From an uncultured Pelagibacteraceae bacterium (lineage in GTDB: Bacteria; Pseudomonadota; Alphaproteobacteria; Pelagibacterales; Pelagibacteraceae), in assembly GCA_902570715.1 (NCBI GenBank), contig CACFZB010000001.1, positions 5,615-69,614 of the forward strand: a DNA stretch of 64,000 bases. The letters are read 5' to 3'. A program made the translations under genes and the position numbers. Shown in pieces: positions 42,838 to 58,586 of the stretch (position 1 is its first letter; each line of letters starts with the position of its first letter). The notes below the pieces were generated by a model. That model saw only the letters and a program-made list of their open reading frames with translations, was not told the origin of the DNA and made no database searches.

Positions 42838-43719
42838 ATGATACCCTACGATAAAAGATCTGGTAAAATATGGTACAATGGTCAATTAGTTGATTGGTCG
42901 GATGCTAAAGTACATGTTTTGAGCCATGGATTACATTATGCAAGCTGCGTTTTTGAGGGCGAAAGAGTTTATGATGGGTCAATATTCAAATTAGAGGAAC
43001 ATACTTCAAGATTATTTCATTCAGCTAGGAGAATGGGATTTGAAATACCTTATAGTGAGGATGAAATAAATAATGCAAGTAAAAAAATAATATCGACTCA
43101 AAAAGTTGAAAATGGATATGTTAGACCAATTGCATGGAGAGGTAGTGAGATGATGGCTATTTCTGCCCAGCATACAAAAATTCATGTAGCAATAGCTACA
43201 TGGGAATGGGGTTCATATTTTGATCCTAAACTTAAAATAGAGGGTATAAAATTAAATATTTCTAATTGGAGAAGACCAGCTCCAGATACAATTCCTTGGG
43301 ATACTAAGGCATCTGGTCTTTATATGATCTGCACTCTTTCAAAACATGAAGCTGAGAAACAAGGATATACAGACTCCCTTATGCTTGACCATGAAGGCAA
43401 TGTTGCTGAAGCAACTGGAGCAAATATATTTTTTAAGGATGAAAAAGGAGAATTGCACACACCTATACCTGACTCATTTTTAGATGGAATTACCCGGAGA
43501 ACAGTAATTGAAATAGCAAAATCAAAAAATATCAAAGTTAATGAAAGAAAAATCAAACCTGAAGAACTTCAAAATTTTGTTGGTTGTTTTCTTACTGGAA
43601 CAGCTGCGGAAGTTACTCCAGTATCCTGTATTGCAAACAATCAATTCAATGTTTGTGAAATGATTATTGATTTAAATGAGAGTTATCAAGCTCTCGTTAA
43701 AAAGAAAAAAGCAGCTTAA
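42838..43719 (+). CDS. ilvE: Branched-chain amino acid aminotransferase
   Basis: HGLHYASCVFEGER, KASGLY, EATGANIF, LDGITR, GTAAEVTPV. Confidence 0.95.
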   Translation: MIPYDKRSGKIWYNGQLVDWSDAKVHVLSHGLHYASCVFEGERVYDGSIFKLEEHTSRLFHSARRMGFEIPYSEDEINNASKKIISTQKVENGYVRPIAWRGSEMMAISAQHTKIHVAIATWEWGSYFDPKLKIEGIKLNISNWRRPAPDTIPWDTKASGLYMICTLSKHEAEKQGYTDSLMLDHEGNVAEATGANIFFKDEKGELHTPIPDSFLDGITRRTVIEIAKSKNIKVNERKIKPEELQNFVGCFLTGTAAEVTPVSCIANNQFNVCEMIIDLNESYQALVKKKKAA

Positions 43720-44300
43720 TCTTTATTATCTTCTGATATCGCGTGGTCAATTCCTTTTCGCATATATTCATATCCAGTAAAAAGTGTTAGAGCAGCTGAA
43801 AGCCATAACAGAATTATACCTATAGTCTGCGCATTATAATCCTGAAAATTAATAATTTTATTTCCAGTCTCTCCAGAAAGTAAAAGAGCAATCGAAACCA
43901 TTTGCAAAACTGTTTTTAATTTAGCCAAATTTGAAACTGGTAATTTAATTTTTCCTTTTGCTAAAAACTCTCTTAATCCTGAAATCAAAATCTCTCTTGT
44001 TAAAATAATTATTGCTGCAATTACTTCATAGTTTCTAATAGTTCCATCCATAACCAAGAGTATAAGTGCTGTAGCTACAATAATCTTATCTGCTATAGGA
44101 TCCAACAATTCTCCAAGTTTAGACTCTTCACCTAAAAACCTTGCCAACATACCGTCAAGAAAATCTGTAAATGATGCAACAATAAATAAAATTAAAGCGG
44201 TCAAATCTCCGTAGAAGCCCGGCAAGTAAAAGGCTAATACAAAAAATGGTACTATTAAGATCCGACCAATAGTTAATATATTTGGAATTTTTTTAAGCAT
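43716..44300 (-). CDS. pgsA: CDP-diacylglycerol--glycerol-3-phosphate phosphatidyltransferase
   Basis: PNILT..R, TDFLDGMLAR..GELLDPIADK, REILISGLRE. Confidence 0.95.
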   Translation of the reverse strand: MLKKIPNILTIGRILIVPFFVLAFYLPGFYGDLTALILFIVASFTDFLDGMLARFLGEESKLGELLDPIADKIIVATALILLVMDGTIRNYEVIAAIIILTREILISGLREFLAKGKIKLPVSNLAKLKTVLQMVSIALLLSGETGNKIINFQDYNAQTIGIILLWLSAALTLFTGYEYMRKGIDHAISEDNKD

Positions 44301-44305
44301 ATCAT

Positions 44306-46141
44306 TTACTCGTGAAAGAAATTATATATTTTTTTTGCAACTTTTTCTTCTACACCCTCAACCGTTTTTATCTCATCAAGACTTGCAGACTCGACTGCTC
44401 TTGCAGAGCCAAAATGATTTAATAGAGCTCTTTTTCTAATTGAACCTATTCCATCGATTTGATCAAGCAATGACTTGCTAATTCCTTTTTTTCTTTTGGC
44501 CCTATGAGCACTAATAGCAAATCTATGAGACTCGTCTCTTATTCTTTGAAGAAAGAATAGAGTAGGGTCATTTTTTAGAAATTTAAATTCCTTACCATTA
44601 TGAAAAAAAGTTTCATTACCACTATTTCTTAGTTTCCCTTTAGCTATCGCTACTATTGGTAAATCATGAAGTCCTAGCTCATTCAGCGCCTCTCTTGCAA
44701 CAGAATATTGACCTTTTCCACCATCGATTAGGATCAAATCAGGAAAAGTAAGATAATTGTCTTTTTCTTGGATGGCTCTTTTAAACCTCCTATTAAGCAC
44801 TTCTTTCATCATACCATAGTCATCTTGTTCATTTTTTTTCATTTTGATATTAAATTTTCTATATCTTTTCTTTATAAATCCTTCATCACCATACGCAATT
44901 AATGCTCCAACACTATTAGTTCCTTGAATATGGCTGTTATCGTAAACTTCTATTAAATTAATATTTGTTTCTAGATTAAATTTTACTGCAACCGCATCGA
45001 ACAATTCTCTATTATTCTGACTTTCATAAAGCTTTCTATTTAAACTATCTTTTGCATTTTTAATCGCTTGATTAATTACTTTCAGTTTTAACCCTTTTTT
45101 AGCTACAGAAATATCAATTTGTTTTTCCTCTTTTTGAGAAAGAGTTTTTTCAATTAAAATTTTTTCTTTTATATCTTCAGATATAATTATTGAAGATGGG
45201 ACACTTTTATTTTCGTAAAATTGAGAAACAAAAGAATTTAGTATATCGCTTAATTTTTCATCAGGATCATGTTTTGGAAAAAAAGCTTGGTTACCCCAAT
45301 TTTGCTTTGAACGATAAAAGAAAACTTGGATACAGGTTTTACCAGACTCTTTGTAGCCAGCTATTACATCGGCCTCAATTAAATTTGCTTCATTAATTCT
45401 TTGGGATGATTGAATAATGTTTAAAGATTTTATTCTATCTCTCAAAATTACTGCTTTTTCAAAATCTAAATCATCACTAGCTTTTTCCATTTGTTCTGAG
45501 AGACTCTTTTGTATTTTCCGTGATTTTCCAGAGACAAATTCAATGGAGTCTTCGACTGTTTTTTTATAATCATTTTCATTTATGTAGCCAACACATGGTC
45601 CTGAGCATCTTTTAATTTGATATAAAATACAAGGACGTTGTCTATTCTTAAATACGGTATCATCACAAACTCTTAAGTGAAAAATTTTTTGTATCATTTT
45701 AATTGTCCAATTAGCTGAGCCTGCCGAAGCAAAAGGTCCAAAATAAAAACCCTCTTTTGTTTTTTTTCCTCTATGTCTTTTAATCTGTGGCCATTTATCC
45801 TTATTACCAATGAAAATGAATGGGAAAGATTTATCATCTCTTAAAAGAATATTAAATTTAGGTTTATGTTTTTTAATTAAATTAGCTTCAAGCAGTAAAG
45901 CTTCACTTTCATTTGAAGTTGTGGTTATTTCTAACTTTCTTGTTTGAGACAACATTCTTTCTGTTCTAATAATATGATTTTTTTCAGCAGTGTAGTTTTT
46001 AAGTCTGTTGGGTAAATTTTTTGCTTTACCAACGTAAAGGATATCACCTTTCTCATTTAACATTCTATAAACACCAGGTAGTTTGGGTATTAGAGGCAAT
46101 TCCTTTTTTATTACTTCTTTTCCAATTTCAGAACTTATCAT
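44306..46141 (-). CDS. uvrC: Excinuclease ABC subunit C
   Basis: [41 protein letters not shown], HhH; ATG 46141 preferred. Confidence 0.97.
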   Translation of the reverse strand: MISSEIGKEVIKKELPLIPKLPGVYRMLNEKGDILYVGKAKNLPNRLKNYTAEKNHIIRTERMLSQTRKLEITTTSNESEALLLEANLIKKHKPKFNILLRDDKSFPFIFIGNKDKWPQIKRHRGKKTKEGFYFGPFASAGSANWTIKMIQKIFHLRVCDDTVFKNRQRPCILYQIKRCSGPCVGYINENDYKKTVEDSIEFVSGKSRKIQKSLSEQMEKASDDLDFEKAVILRDRIKSLNIIQSSQRINEANLIEADVIAGYKESGKTCIQVFFYRSKQNWGNQAFFPKHDPDEKLSDILNSFVSQFYENKSVPSSIIISEDIKEKILIEKTLSQKEEKQIDISVAKKGLKLKVINQAIKNAKDSLNRKLYESQNNRELFDAVAVKFNLETNINLIEVYDNSHIQGTNSVGALIAYGDEGFIKKRYRKFNIKMKKNEQDDYGMMKEVLNRRFKRAIQEKDNYLTFPDLILIDGGKGQYSVAREALNELGLHDLPIVAIAKGKLRNSGNETFFHNGKEFKFLKNDPTLFFLQRIRDESHRFAISAHRAKRKKGISKSLLDQIDGIGSIRKRALLNHFGSARAVESASLDEIKTVEGVEEKVAKKIYNFFHE

Positions 46142-46553
46142 GACTTCTTTTTTTGGTAATTTGAATACCAACCGATGAACATTGTTTTAGAATTTCTAAT
46201 TTTTCAATTTTAAGCATTATCTTGCCAATTCTTTTATCTTTAAATAATTCATCAAAAACGGCTTCTGCTAAAGTTTCTAAAAAATTATAATGCTTCTTTT
46301 TTACAAGCTTTGTTATAAGTTTAACAATTGTTCCATAGTTCACGATAGATTTAATATCTTTATCATCACTCGGCTTTTTATCTTGATAGTCTATTTCAAG
46401 ACTAAATTTTACTTTTTGAGGTTTTTCTTTTTCAAAATCGTAATAACCAAGTTTTAAGTCTAAAATTAACTCATTTATAAGAATCTTTTTTTCGTAATTA
46501 AATAAGCTTTTTGATTTATCAATTTTAACAATTTTAAGATTATTTTTTTTCAT
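46128..46553 (-). CDS. folB: Dihydroneopterin aldolase
   Basis: [31 protein letters not shown]; ATG 46553 overlaps the upstream stop (ATGA). Confidence 0.82.
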   Translation of the reverse strand: MKKNNLKIVKIDKSKSLFNYEKKILINELILDLKLGYYDFEKEKPQKVKFSLEIDYQDKKPSDDKDIKSIVNYGTIVKLITKLVKKKHYNFLETLAEAVFDELFKDKRIGKIMLKIEKLEILKQCSSVGIQITKKRSHDKF

Positions 46554-47286
46554 TCCTTCCCTTTTGTTATATCTGGTGTCTGCCAATTTAAGCTTTGACC
46601 ACTATCTATTGCTAAAACTTGACCAGTAATAGAACTGTTTTTTATAAAAAAGTCAACTGCATTGCAAATCTCGTTCACATCAACTTGCTGTTTGAGCGGT
46701 GTAGCTAAATATTGACTTTTAAAATGTTTTTCTGACTGTCTTTTATTTTTGACTGTAGGACCGGGAGCTATCCCATTTACTCGAATTTTTGGCGATAAAC
46801 TCATCGCACTAGTTTTGGTTAAAGTATATAGACCTGTTTTACTTAAAGTATATGAAAAAAAATATGGAGTAAGTTTAAATACTCTCTGGTCAATTATATT
46901 TATAATATTATTATTTTTCCCTTTGATATTTTTTGAGAACTCTCTAGATAGAATAGCTGGAGCCCTAAGGTTTGTGGAAATATGATTTTCCCAACTTTTA
47001 GAACTAAAATTTTCTAATTTATCATTTTCAAATAATGATGCGTTATTGATTAAACAATCAAAATACTTCAATTTTGATTTAGAAAATTTAATAATTTTAT
47101 TTATATCTTTTTCTTTACTTAAATCTCCCCTCACTAAATAAATTATTGTTCCTTCATCTTGAAGTTTTTTTTTCAGATTTTCTGCTTTAGACTTAGACTT
47201 ATAATACTGAATTACAATTTGCTTATTTGGGCCTGATAATTTTTGAGCTATTGCAGCACCAATCCTTGTTGCTCCTCCTGTAATGA

Positions 47287-47305
<19 letters not shown>
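46550..47305 (-). CDS. SDR oxidoreductase, pteridine reductase (FolM/PTR1-like)
   Basis: TGGATRIG (pteridine-reductase type TGxxxRIG), [24 protein letters not shown]. Confidence 0.82.
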
Positions 47306-51626
<4,321 letters not shown>

Positions 51627-51647
51627 ATGAAAGCTATATAGTGATTA

Positions 51648-52598
51648 ATGACTAAATTAAAAGGTTTATTATTGACAGAAGGAATGCACGGAATGATCAG
51701 CCAAGTCGAGGGACTTGCTAAAGCGCTAGATCTAGATTTTATACACGAGAAAATTGAACTTAATAATTTTTGGAAACTAATTCCACCAAGATTGACTCCA
51801 GTACAAAACTTTGTATTTAAGAACAAAATCGATAAAAAATTCGATATAGTTATTTCTTGTGGAAGAAAAAGCGTCATTCCATCAATTTATTTAAAAAATA
51901 AATTTAAAAATAAAATTATGAATATTCATATTCAAGACCCAAAAGTTTCATTAAATAACTTTGATTTTATAGTTTCACCAGAGCATGATGATCTCAAGGG
52001 CAATAATGTAATACAAAGCAAAGGTGCAATTCATTATTTGAGAGAGGATGAACTCAATAAAGATATCGATTATCTAAAACCCCAAATTAATAAACAAAAA
52101 GTAGTCTCATTGATAATCGGTGGTCCAAACAGATATTATGATTTTAATGAAAAAGAAATTAATAGTATTTTTCAGAAAGTTAAAAAAAATTTTATTAATG
52201 AGGGATTTCAATTAATTTTGATACCATCAATGAGAACTCCCCAAAATATAATTGAATTATCAAAAAATTTTTTCGATAGTAGTCAGATAATTATTTCAGA
52301 GGTTGATAAAAAGGCTTATCTTTCATCACTTAAATTAGCAGATTATATAATTGTGACATGTGATTCTACTTCAATGATATCAGAGGCCGCTATTACTGGA
52401 AAACCAATTTATGTAGCACAAATGACTCCAATTAAAAAAAACAAGAGATTTACAAAATTTTTTGAACTCTTTAAATCTTTAAATATCATTAAAGATTTGA
52501 GCAATTCAATTGAAAATTGGAATTACAAGAAACTTAATGAAACAGATAGAATATCAATATATATAAAAGATAAAATAAAAAATTATGAGTTTTCTTAA
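51648..52598 (+). CDS. ELM1/GtrOC1 family protein (putative glycosyltransferase-like)
   Basis: GMISQVEGLA, ISCGR, IQDPK, PEHD, IIGG, VTCDSTSMISEA. Confidence 0.8.
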   Translation: MTKLKGLLLTEGMHGMISQVEGLAKALDLDFIHEKIELNNFWKLIPPRLTPVQNFVFKNKIDKKFDIVISCGRKSVIPSIYLKNKFKNKIMNIHIQDPKVSLNNFDFIVSPEHDDLKGNNVIQSKGAIHYLREDELNKDIDYLKPQINKQKVVSLIIGGPNRYYDFNEKEINSIFQKVKKNFINEGFQLILIPSMRTPQNIIELSKNFFDSSQIIISEVDKKAYLSSLKLADYIIVTCDSTSMISEAAITGKPIYVAQMTPIKKNKRFTKFFELFKSLNIIKDLSNSIENWNYKKLNETDRISIYIKDKIKNYEFS

Positions 52599-53247
52599 TT
52601 CTATTTTAAATCAATCAAAAAAACATGAATTTCCATTTGATCATTGGGAGTATAGTAATGCTTTATCTGATGAGCAAATTGAAGAAATAATTAATACTGA
52701 TATTCCAGATGTGAGTAAACATAATTTATCATATGACGGGACAAGAGCTATTGATGGAGGAGCGGCTGAGTTTAGAGAGGGAATTGCGTCAGGAGGTAAA
52801 GCATTAAAGTTTAGGTGTTTTATTACTAGAGACAATGCTTCTCAATTTCCTAATTTAGTAAATTTTGTAAAAGAACTTCAATCAAAAGAAACTTATGAAA
52901 CTATTTCTAAAATGATTAATAAAGATTTATCAAATTCATATGTTAGAGTTGAAGTAATTTGTGACAGAGAAGGTTTTTGGTTGAAGCCTCATTGTGATAT
53001 TAAAGAAAAATTAGTTTCAGGTTTGATTTTTGTAAATAAAACAAATGAGTCTGAAGATTTAGGAACTGACTTTTATAACAAAAAATTAGAAAAAGTTAAA
53101 ACAGTTCCATACAAACATAATTATGGATATATATTTACAAGCGGTCCAGACACATGGCATGGAATGGAAAAAAAGAAAATTGTAAAAGAAAGACGTTGTA
53201 TTCAAGTTAATTATGTTACATTCCCGACAGACTGGAAAGTTGATTAA
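52585..53247 (+). CDS. 2-oxoglutarate/Fe(II)-dependent oxygenase
   Basis: PHCD (HxD), TWHG, RRCIQVNY. Confidence 0.8.
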   Translation: MSFLNSILNQSKKHEFPFDHWEYSNALSDEQIEEIINTDIPDVSKHNLSYDGTRAIDGGAAEFREGIASGGKALKFRCFITRDNASQFPNLVNFVKELQSKETYETISKMINKDLSNSYVRVEVICDREGFWLKPHCDIKEKLVSGLIFVNKTNESEDLGTDFYNKKLEKVKTVPYKHNYGYIFTSGPDTWHGMEKKKIVKERRCIQVNYVTFPTDWKVD

Positions 53248-53263
53248 CTGATAAAATTTGAAT

Positions 53264-53518
53264 TTAAACTGAAGTTATATTTGTTAATAAGCCTAGTATA
53301 AATAGCACACCAATCATAAAGCAAATACCAGTGATTGCTTTAAGCTGATCTTTGTTTGAGTCATCATTAATTTTCCAATAATTTTTTGAGTTTGACTCAA
53401 GTTTTTTTGAGATATCTATTTTTTTATCTATTGGTGGAAAATCTAAAACTTCTGCATTAAACAAATTCTTCTTTTTTTCTATAGCTGTTTCAATATATTT
53501 GTGAAGTTCAGAACTCAT
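53264..53518 (-). CDS. Hypothetical 84-aa protein with C-terminal TM helix
   Basis: Only ORF filling the gap; hydrophobic ITGICFMIGVLFILGLL tail. Confidence 0.6.
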   Translation of the reverse strand: MSSELHKYIETAIEKKKNLFNAEVLDFPPIDKKIDISKKLESNSKNYWKINDDSNKDQLKAITGICFMIGVLFILGLLTNITSV

Positions 53519-53599
53519 AATTTATTTTTATATTTAATAAAAAATAAAGAAACTTAACAATAAAAAAACTAATCATTTTGGGTTCAACCTTGAAGTGAA

Positions 53600-56500
53600 T
53601 TATTTTATATCTTGTAAAGAGGATATTTCTAATTTTTTAGTTTTAAGTGATTTAATTGCCTCTAGGCATGCATAAGCCGTTGACATATTTGTGCAGTAAG
53701 GAACTTTATTTTTTAAAGTAGCTCTTCTCAAAGCGATTGCATCACTTATTCTAAAGGCTTTATTACCACCACCAGTATTTATAACTAAAGCAATTTTTTT
53801 AGCATCCAAAACATCGACAATATGTGGTGAACCACTACTGACTTTGTTAATTATTTTACATTTCATTCCAAATTTTTTTATATAATCAGCTGTTCCTTTT
53901 GTTGCACAAAGTTTAAATTTCAGTCTTATAAGCTCTCTTGCTAAAGCAATTCCTTCATCTTTATGAGCATTTTTTAAGGATATAAAAGCTAGCCCCTCTT
54001 TTGGCAGTGAATTGGCAGCTGCAATCTGACTTTTAGCAAAAGCCATACCAAAATTTTTGTCAAATCCCATTACTTCTCCAGTAGATTTCATTTCTGGACC
54101 TAAAAGTAAATCACTGTTAGGAAATTTGTTAAAAGGAAATACAGCCTCTTTGACTGCAAACATTCCTTTAGATTTATCTCTTAAATCAAATTTTGATAAA
54201 TTTTCTCCAGCCATTATTCTAGATGCCATTTTTGCAAGAGGTAAACCTTTTGCTTTTGAGACAAAAGGAACTGTTCTGCTTGCTCTTGGATTGACCTCAA
54301 TTACATAGATTTTATCTTTTTTTATCGCAAATTGAATATTCATAAAACCCTTTACCTTCAAAGCTAATGCCAATTTTTTAGTTTGATTTTCAATTTCTTT
54401 AATAAGATATGGTTTGATTGATATTGGTGGCAAGCTGCACGCAGAATCTCCAGAATGTATACCTGCTTCCTCAATGTGTTGCATTATACCAGCAACGAAC
54501 ACTTCTTTTCCATCAGATAAGGCATCAACATCAACTTCCATAGCTTGATTAATAAATTTATCTATTAAAATTGGATTTTTTTCAGCAGCTTTAAAAGCTT
54601 CATCTACAAACATTTTTAACTTACTTTTTTCGTAAACAATTTCCATTGCTCTTCCACCTAAAACGTAAGAAGGCCTGACAATTAACGGCAAACCAATTTT
54701 TTCGGCTATTTGAATTGCTTGTTTATAATTTTTTGCAATTCCACTCTCTGCTTGTTTTAATTTAAGTTTATTTAAAAGTTTTCTAAATCGGTCTCTATCT
54801 TCGGCCAAATCAATAGAAGTATATTGTGTTCCTAAGATTGGAAGCTTGTTCTTATGGAGAAATTTTGCAAGTTTAATTGGCGTTTGACCACCAAATTGCG
54901 TTATTATGCCAACAAGATTTCCTGCCTCTTGTTCTTTTTTAATTATATTAAAAACATATTCTTCTTTTAGAGGTTCAAAATATAATCGATCGCTTGTATC
55001 ATAATCTGTTGATACTGTTTCAGGATTACAATTTACCATTATAGTCTCAAAACCCACATCTTTTAATGCAAAGCTTGCCTGACAACAGCAATAATCAAAT
55101 TCAATACCTTGCCCAATTCTATTAGGACCACCACCAAGAATAATTATTTTTTTTGTATTAGAAGGCTTTGCTTCACACTCTGAGCTTATTGAAAAATTTC
55201 TTTGATATGTTGAATACATGTAAGGGGTGAAAGATTTGAATTCTGCAGCACACGTATCTACTTTTTTGTATACAGGTAACACTTTAAGTGCAGATCTTTT
55301 TCTTCTAACAATTTCTTCAGATAAATTTGATAATTCTGATAATTTTTTATCAGAAAAACCTATTGATTTTATTCTATTAAATTCATTGAAATTCTTGGGC
55401 AAACCATTCCTTTTAATTTTAATTTCATTGTTTACTATTTCTTCAATTTGCTCTAAAAACCACGGATCAATTTTGGATAAGTTAAATATTCTTTTTAAAT
55501 TAATTTTTTTTCTAATCGCTTCTGCAACAAGTAATAGTTTATTCGGAATATTTTCTTTCAGCTTTTTCTCAATTTGCTTTTTATCTAAATCAAATATTCT
55601 ATCTAATCCTGAAAAACCAGTTTCAAGAGACACTAATGCTTTCTGAAGAGACTCTTTGAAATTTCTTCCTATAGCCATTGCTTCACCAACTGATTTCATA
55701 GATGTTCCTAGAGTTGCTGAAGATGTTGAAAATTTTTCAAAAGTAAATCGTGGAATTTTTGTTACTACATAATCAATACTTGGTTCAAATGAGGCAGGTG
55801 TCACTTTGGTGATTTCATTCTTTAATTCATCCAAAGTGTAACCAACTGCAAGTTTTGCAGCAACCTTTGCAATCGGAAATCCAGTAGCTTTTGATGCAAG
55901 TGCCGATGATCTTGATACTCTTGGGTTCATTTCAATTACAACCATTCGGCCATTTTTAGGATTTATAGCAAATTGAACATTTGATCCACCTGTCTCTACT
56001 CCAATTTTTCTTAAACACGCAATAGAAGCATTTCTCATTACTTGGTATTCTTTATCAGTTAATGTAAGTGCTGGAGCAACAGTTACAGAGTCACCAGTAT
56101 GTATTCCCATTGGATCAACATTTTCAATTGAGCAGATTATGATGCAGTTGTCTTTTTTATCTCTTACAACCTCCATTTCAAACTCTTTCCACCCTTCTAA
56201 ACATTCTTCAACCAAGACCTGGCTAACTGGAGACTCGTGAAGCCCATTTTTAATTATTTTAAGATAGTCTTTTTTATTTTTAGCTATACCACCACCAAGA
56301 CCTCCAAGTGTAAATGCTGGTCTTATAATTGCAGGAAGACCGATTTTTTTTAAAACTTTAGATGCTTGGTTGATATTGTTTACAATCTCAGATTTAGGTA
56401 AATCTAAACCAATATCAATCATATTTTTTCTGAACTTTTTTCTATCCTCTGCATTAGCAATTGCCTTAGAGTTTGCCCCTATGAGTTCAATTTTATATTT

Positions 56501-56827
56501 TTTTAAAATCCCCTTTTTCTCAGCTTCCATTGCAAGATTAAGTGCAGTCTGACCACCCATAGTTGGTAGAATTGCATCTGGTTTTTCCTTTCTAAGAATT
56601 TTTTCTAAAACTTCTAATGTTATAGGTTCTATATAAGTTTTATCTGCAACATCAGGATCAGTCATAATAGTTGCAGGATTTGAGTTAATTAAAATTACTT
56701 TGTAACCCTCATCTTTTAATGCCTTACAAGCTTGTGTGCCTGAATAATCAAACTCACATGCTTGACCAATGATAATGGGTCCAGCACCTACAACCAATAT
56801 TCTTTTAATATCTTTTCTTTTTGGCAT
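53600..56827 (-). CDS. carB: Carbamoyl-phosphate synthase large subunit
   Basis: [27 protein letters not shown], duplicated ATP-grasp, MGS domain. Confidence 0.98.
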   Translation of the reverse strand: MPKRKDIKRILVVGAGPIIIGQACEFDYSGTQACKALKDEGYKVILINSNPATIMTDPDVADKTYIEPITLEVLEKILRKEKPDAILPTMGGQTALNLAMEAEKKGILKKYKIELIGANSKAIANAEDRKKFRKNMIDIGLDLPKSEIVNNINQASKVLKKIGLPAIIRPAFTLGGLGGGIAKNKKDYLKIIKNGLHESPVSQVLVEECLEGWKEFEMEVVRDKKDNCIIICSIENVDPMGIHTGDSVTVAPALTLTDKEYQVMRNASIACLRKIGVETGGSNVQFAINPKNGRMVVIEMNPRVSRSSALASKATGFPIAKVAAKLAVGYTLDELKNEITKVTPASFEPSIDYVVTKIPRFTFEKFSTSSATLGTSMKSVGEAMAIGRNFKESLQKALVSLETGFSGLDRIFDLDKKQIEKKLKENIPNKLLLVAEAIRKKINLKRIFNLSKIDPWFLEQIEEIVNNEIKIKRNGLPKNFNEFNRIKSIGFSDKKLSELSNLSEEIVRRKRSALKVLPVYKKVDTCAAEFKSFTPYMYSTYQRNFSISSECEAKPSNTKKIIILGGGPNRIGQGIEFDYCCCQASFALKDVGFETIMVNCNPETVSTDYDTSDRLYFEPLKEEYVFNIIKKEQEAGNLVGIITQFGGQTPIKLAKFLHKNKLPILGTQYTSIDLAEDRDRFRKLLNKLKLKQAESGIAKNYKQAIQIAEKIGLPLIVRPSYVLGGRAMEIVYEKSKLKMFVDEAFKAAEKNPILIDKFINQAMEVDVDALSDGKEVFVAGIMQHIEEAGIHSGDSACSLPPISIKPYLIKEIENQTKKLALALKVKGFMNIQFAIKKDKIYVIEVNPRASRTVPFVSKAKGLPLAKMASRIMAGENLSKFDLRDKSKGMFAVKEAVFPFNKFPNSDLLLGPEMKSTGEVMGFDKNFGMAFAKSQIAAANSLPKEGLAFISLKNAHKDEGIALARELIRLKFKLCATKGTADYIKKFGMKCKIINKVSSGSPHIVDVLDAKKIALVINTGGGNKAFRISDAIALRRATLKNKVPYCTNMSTAYACLEAIKSLKTKKLEISSLQDIK

Positions 56828-57998
56828 TTTTTTTTATGTTATTAATAAATTCTTGAAATAAGTAGACACTATCCTGTGGCCCAGGGTTTGACTCAGGATG
56901 ATATTGTACTGAAAATATTGGTCTATTTTTAAGTCTTATCCCTTCAATAGTATTATCAAAAAGAGATTTATGAGTTACTTCAACTTTTTTTGGTAAAGTT
57001 TCTTCAACAACTACAAAACCATGATTTTGACTGGTGATTTCAACTTTATCATGAATTAAATTTTTTACTGGATGATTTGCACCTCTATGTCCTAACTTCA
57101 TTTTTTTAGTTTTTCCACCTAAGGCCAATGCTAAAATTTGATGACCTAAACAAATCCCAAATATAGGTAAATTTTTTTTAATTAATTTATTAAGAATTCC
57201 TATTGCATATTTTCCTGTTGCCGCAGGATCACCAGGACCATTGGATAAAAATATTCCATCTGGTTTAAGTTTTATTATTTTTTCTGCAGAAGTTTTACAA
57301 GATACGACTGTTACTTTACATTTAAAGTCTGAAAAATATCTTAAAATATTTTTCTTTATTCCATAATCAATTGCAACCACATGAAAGAAATTTTTTGTAT
57401 TTTTTTTATATCCAATTTCTTTCTTCCAAGTTTTAAGGCCTTTCCAAATATAGTTTTTTGAAGTAGTTACAGTTTCTGCGAGATCAAAATTTTTTAATCC
57501 ACTCCATTTAATGGTTGAGTTTGTTAACTTGCTAATATTAAATTTTCCACTTTTTGAATAAGAAATTGTTCCCTTGGGCGCTCCTTTATCTCTAATAAAG
57601 TTTGTTAAACTTCTAGTGTCTAGTCCTGTGATTCCAACAATTTTGTTTTTTTTAAGCCAGGTATCTAAATCCAAAAATGCTCTATAATTAGATGGAGACG
57701 TTATTTCAGAATTTAAGATTACGCCTCTAGTCCATATTTTATCAGACTCAATATCCTCTTTGTTAGTTCCAACATTTCCAATATGTGGAAATGTAAAGTT
57801 AATAATCTGACCCGCATAGGAAGGATCAGAAATAATTTCTTGGTAACCAGTTAAAGAAGTATTAAAGCAAACTTCTCCTGTAGCCTCTCCTTGATAACCA
57901 ATTCCAATTCCCTTAAAAATCCTCTTATTTTCAAGAACTAAAATGCCTGTGTTAATTTGTGAATTTTTTGAGTTAATTTTTTTTACTTTTTTGATCAA
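56805..57998 (-). CDS. carA: Carbamoyl-phosphate synthase small subunit
   Basis: GEVCFNT..GYQE, SNGPGDP, GICLGHQ, QYHPE; exact start uncertain. Confidence 0.97.
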   Translation of the reverse strand: MIKKVKKINSKNSQINTGILVLENKRIFKGIGIGYQGEATGEVCFNTSLTGYQEIISDPSYAGQIINFTFPHIGNVGTNKEDIESDKIWTRGVILNSEITSPSNYRAFLDLDTWLKKNKIVGITGLDTRSLTNFIRDKGAPKGTISYSKSGKFNISKLTNSTIKWSGLKNFDLAETVTTSKNYIWKGLKTWKKEIGYKKNTKNFFHVVAIDYGIKKNILRYFSDFKCKVTVVSCKTSAEKIIKLKPDGIFLSNGPGDPAATGKYAIGILNKLIKKNLPIFGICLGHQILALALGGKTKKMKLGHRGANHPVKNLIHDKVEITSQNHGFVVVEETLPKKVEVTHKSLFDNTIEGIRLKNRPIFSVQYHPESNPGPQDSVYLFQEFINNIKKNAKKKRY

Positions 57999-58124
57999 TT
58001 ACAACTCATAAGTTAAAGGTTAATACAATAATTGGTTTATTATCGCAACAGAGATGTATTATAAAATTGTAAAAAAACAATTTTTCTTTTGAACATTTTT
58101 TTCTTTGAAGTAGATTAAAAAATT

Positions 58125-58586
58125 ATGGCACTTAAAGAAACAATCGAAACTGAATATAAAAATGCTTTAAAATCAAAAGATAAAAGCAAAATATCAACTT
58201 ATAGGTTAATTTTATCCTCAATTAAGGATTTGGATATATCAAATAGATCTGGCCCAAATAAAAAGGAAACAGACGATGATGATATTAAAAAACTTCTAAA
58301 AAAAATGGTAAAACAAAGAGCCGAATCAATTGATATTTACAAAAAAAATAACAGAACAGATCTTCTGGAAATTGAACAGAATGAATATGATATTTTAACT
58401 GGTTTTTTACCAAAACAGCTTGGTGAGGAAGAAACTAAAAAAATTTGTGCAGAACTGATTTCAAAACTTGGTGCAAATTCAGTTAAAGACATGGGAAAAG
58501 TAATGGGTGAATTAAAAAAACTGCATTCAGATGAAATTGATTTTGCAAAAGCAGGTTCTTTAATAAAAGAATTATTAAACAAGTGA
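58125..58586 (+). CDS. GatB/YqeY domain protein
   Basis: KMVKQRAESI, FLPKQL, KDMGKVMG; carA-yqeY-dnaG context. Confidence 0.92.
   Translation: MALKETIETEYKNALKSKDKSKISTYRLILSSIKDLDISNRSGPNKKETDDDDIKKLLKKMVKQRAESIDIYKKNNRTDLLEIEQNEYDILTGFLPKQLGEEETKKICAELISKLGANSVKDMGKVMGELKKLHSDEIDFAKAGSLIKELLNK

Noticed and set aside
53521-53548. TTTATTTTT...AAAAATAAA inverted repeat downstream of carB
   Set aside because: Pure A/T stem, expected by chance at this composition; too weak to call a terminator
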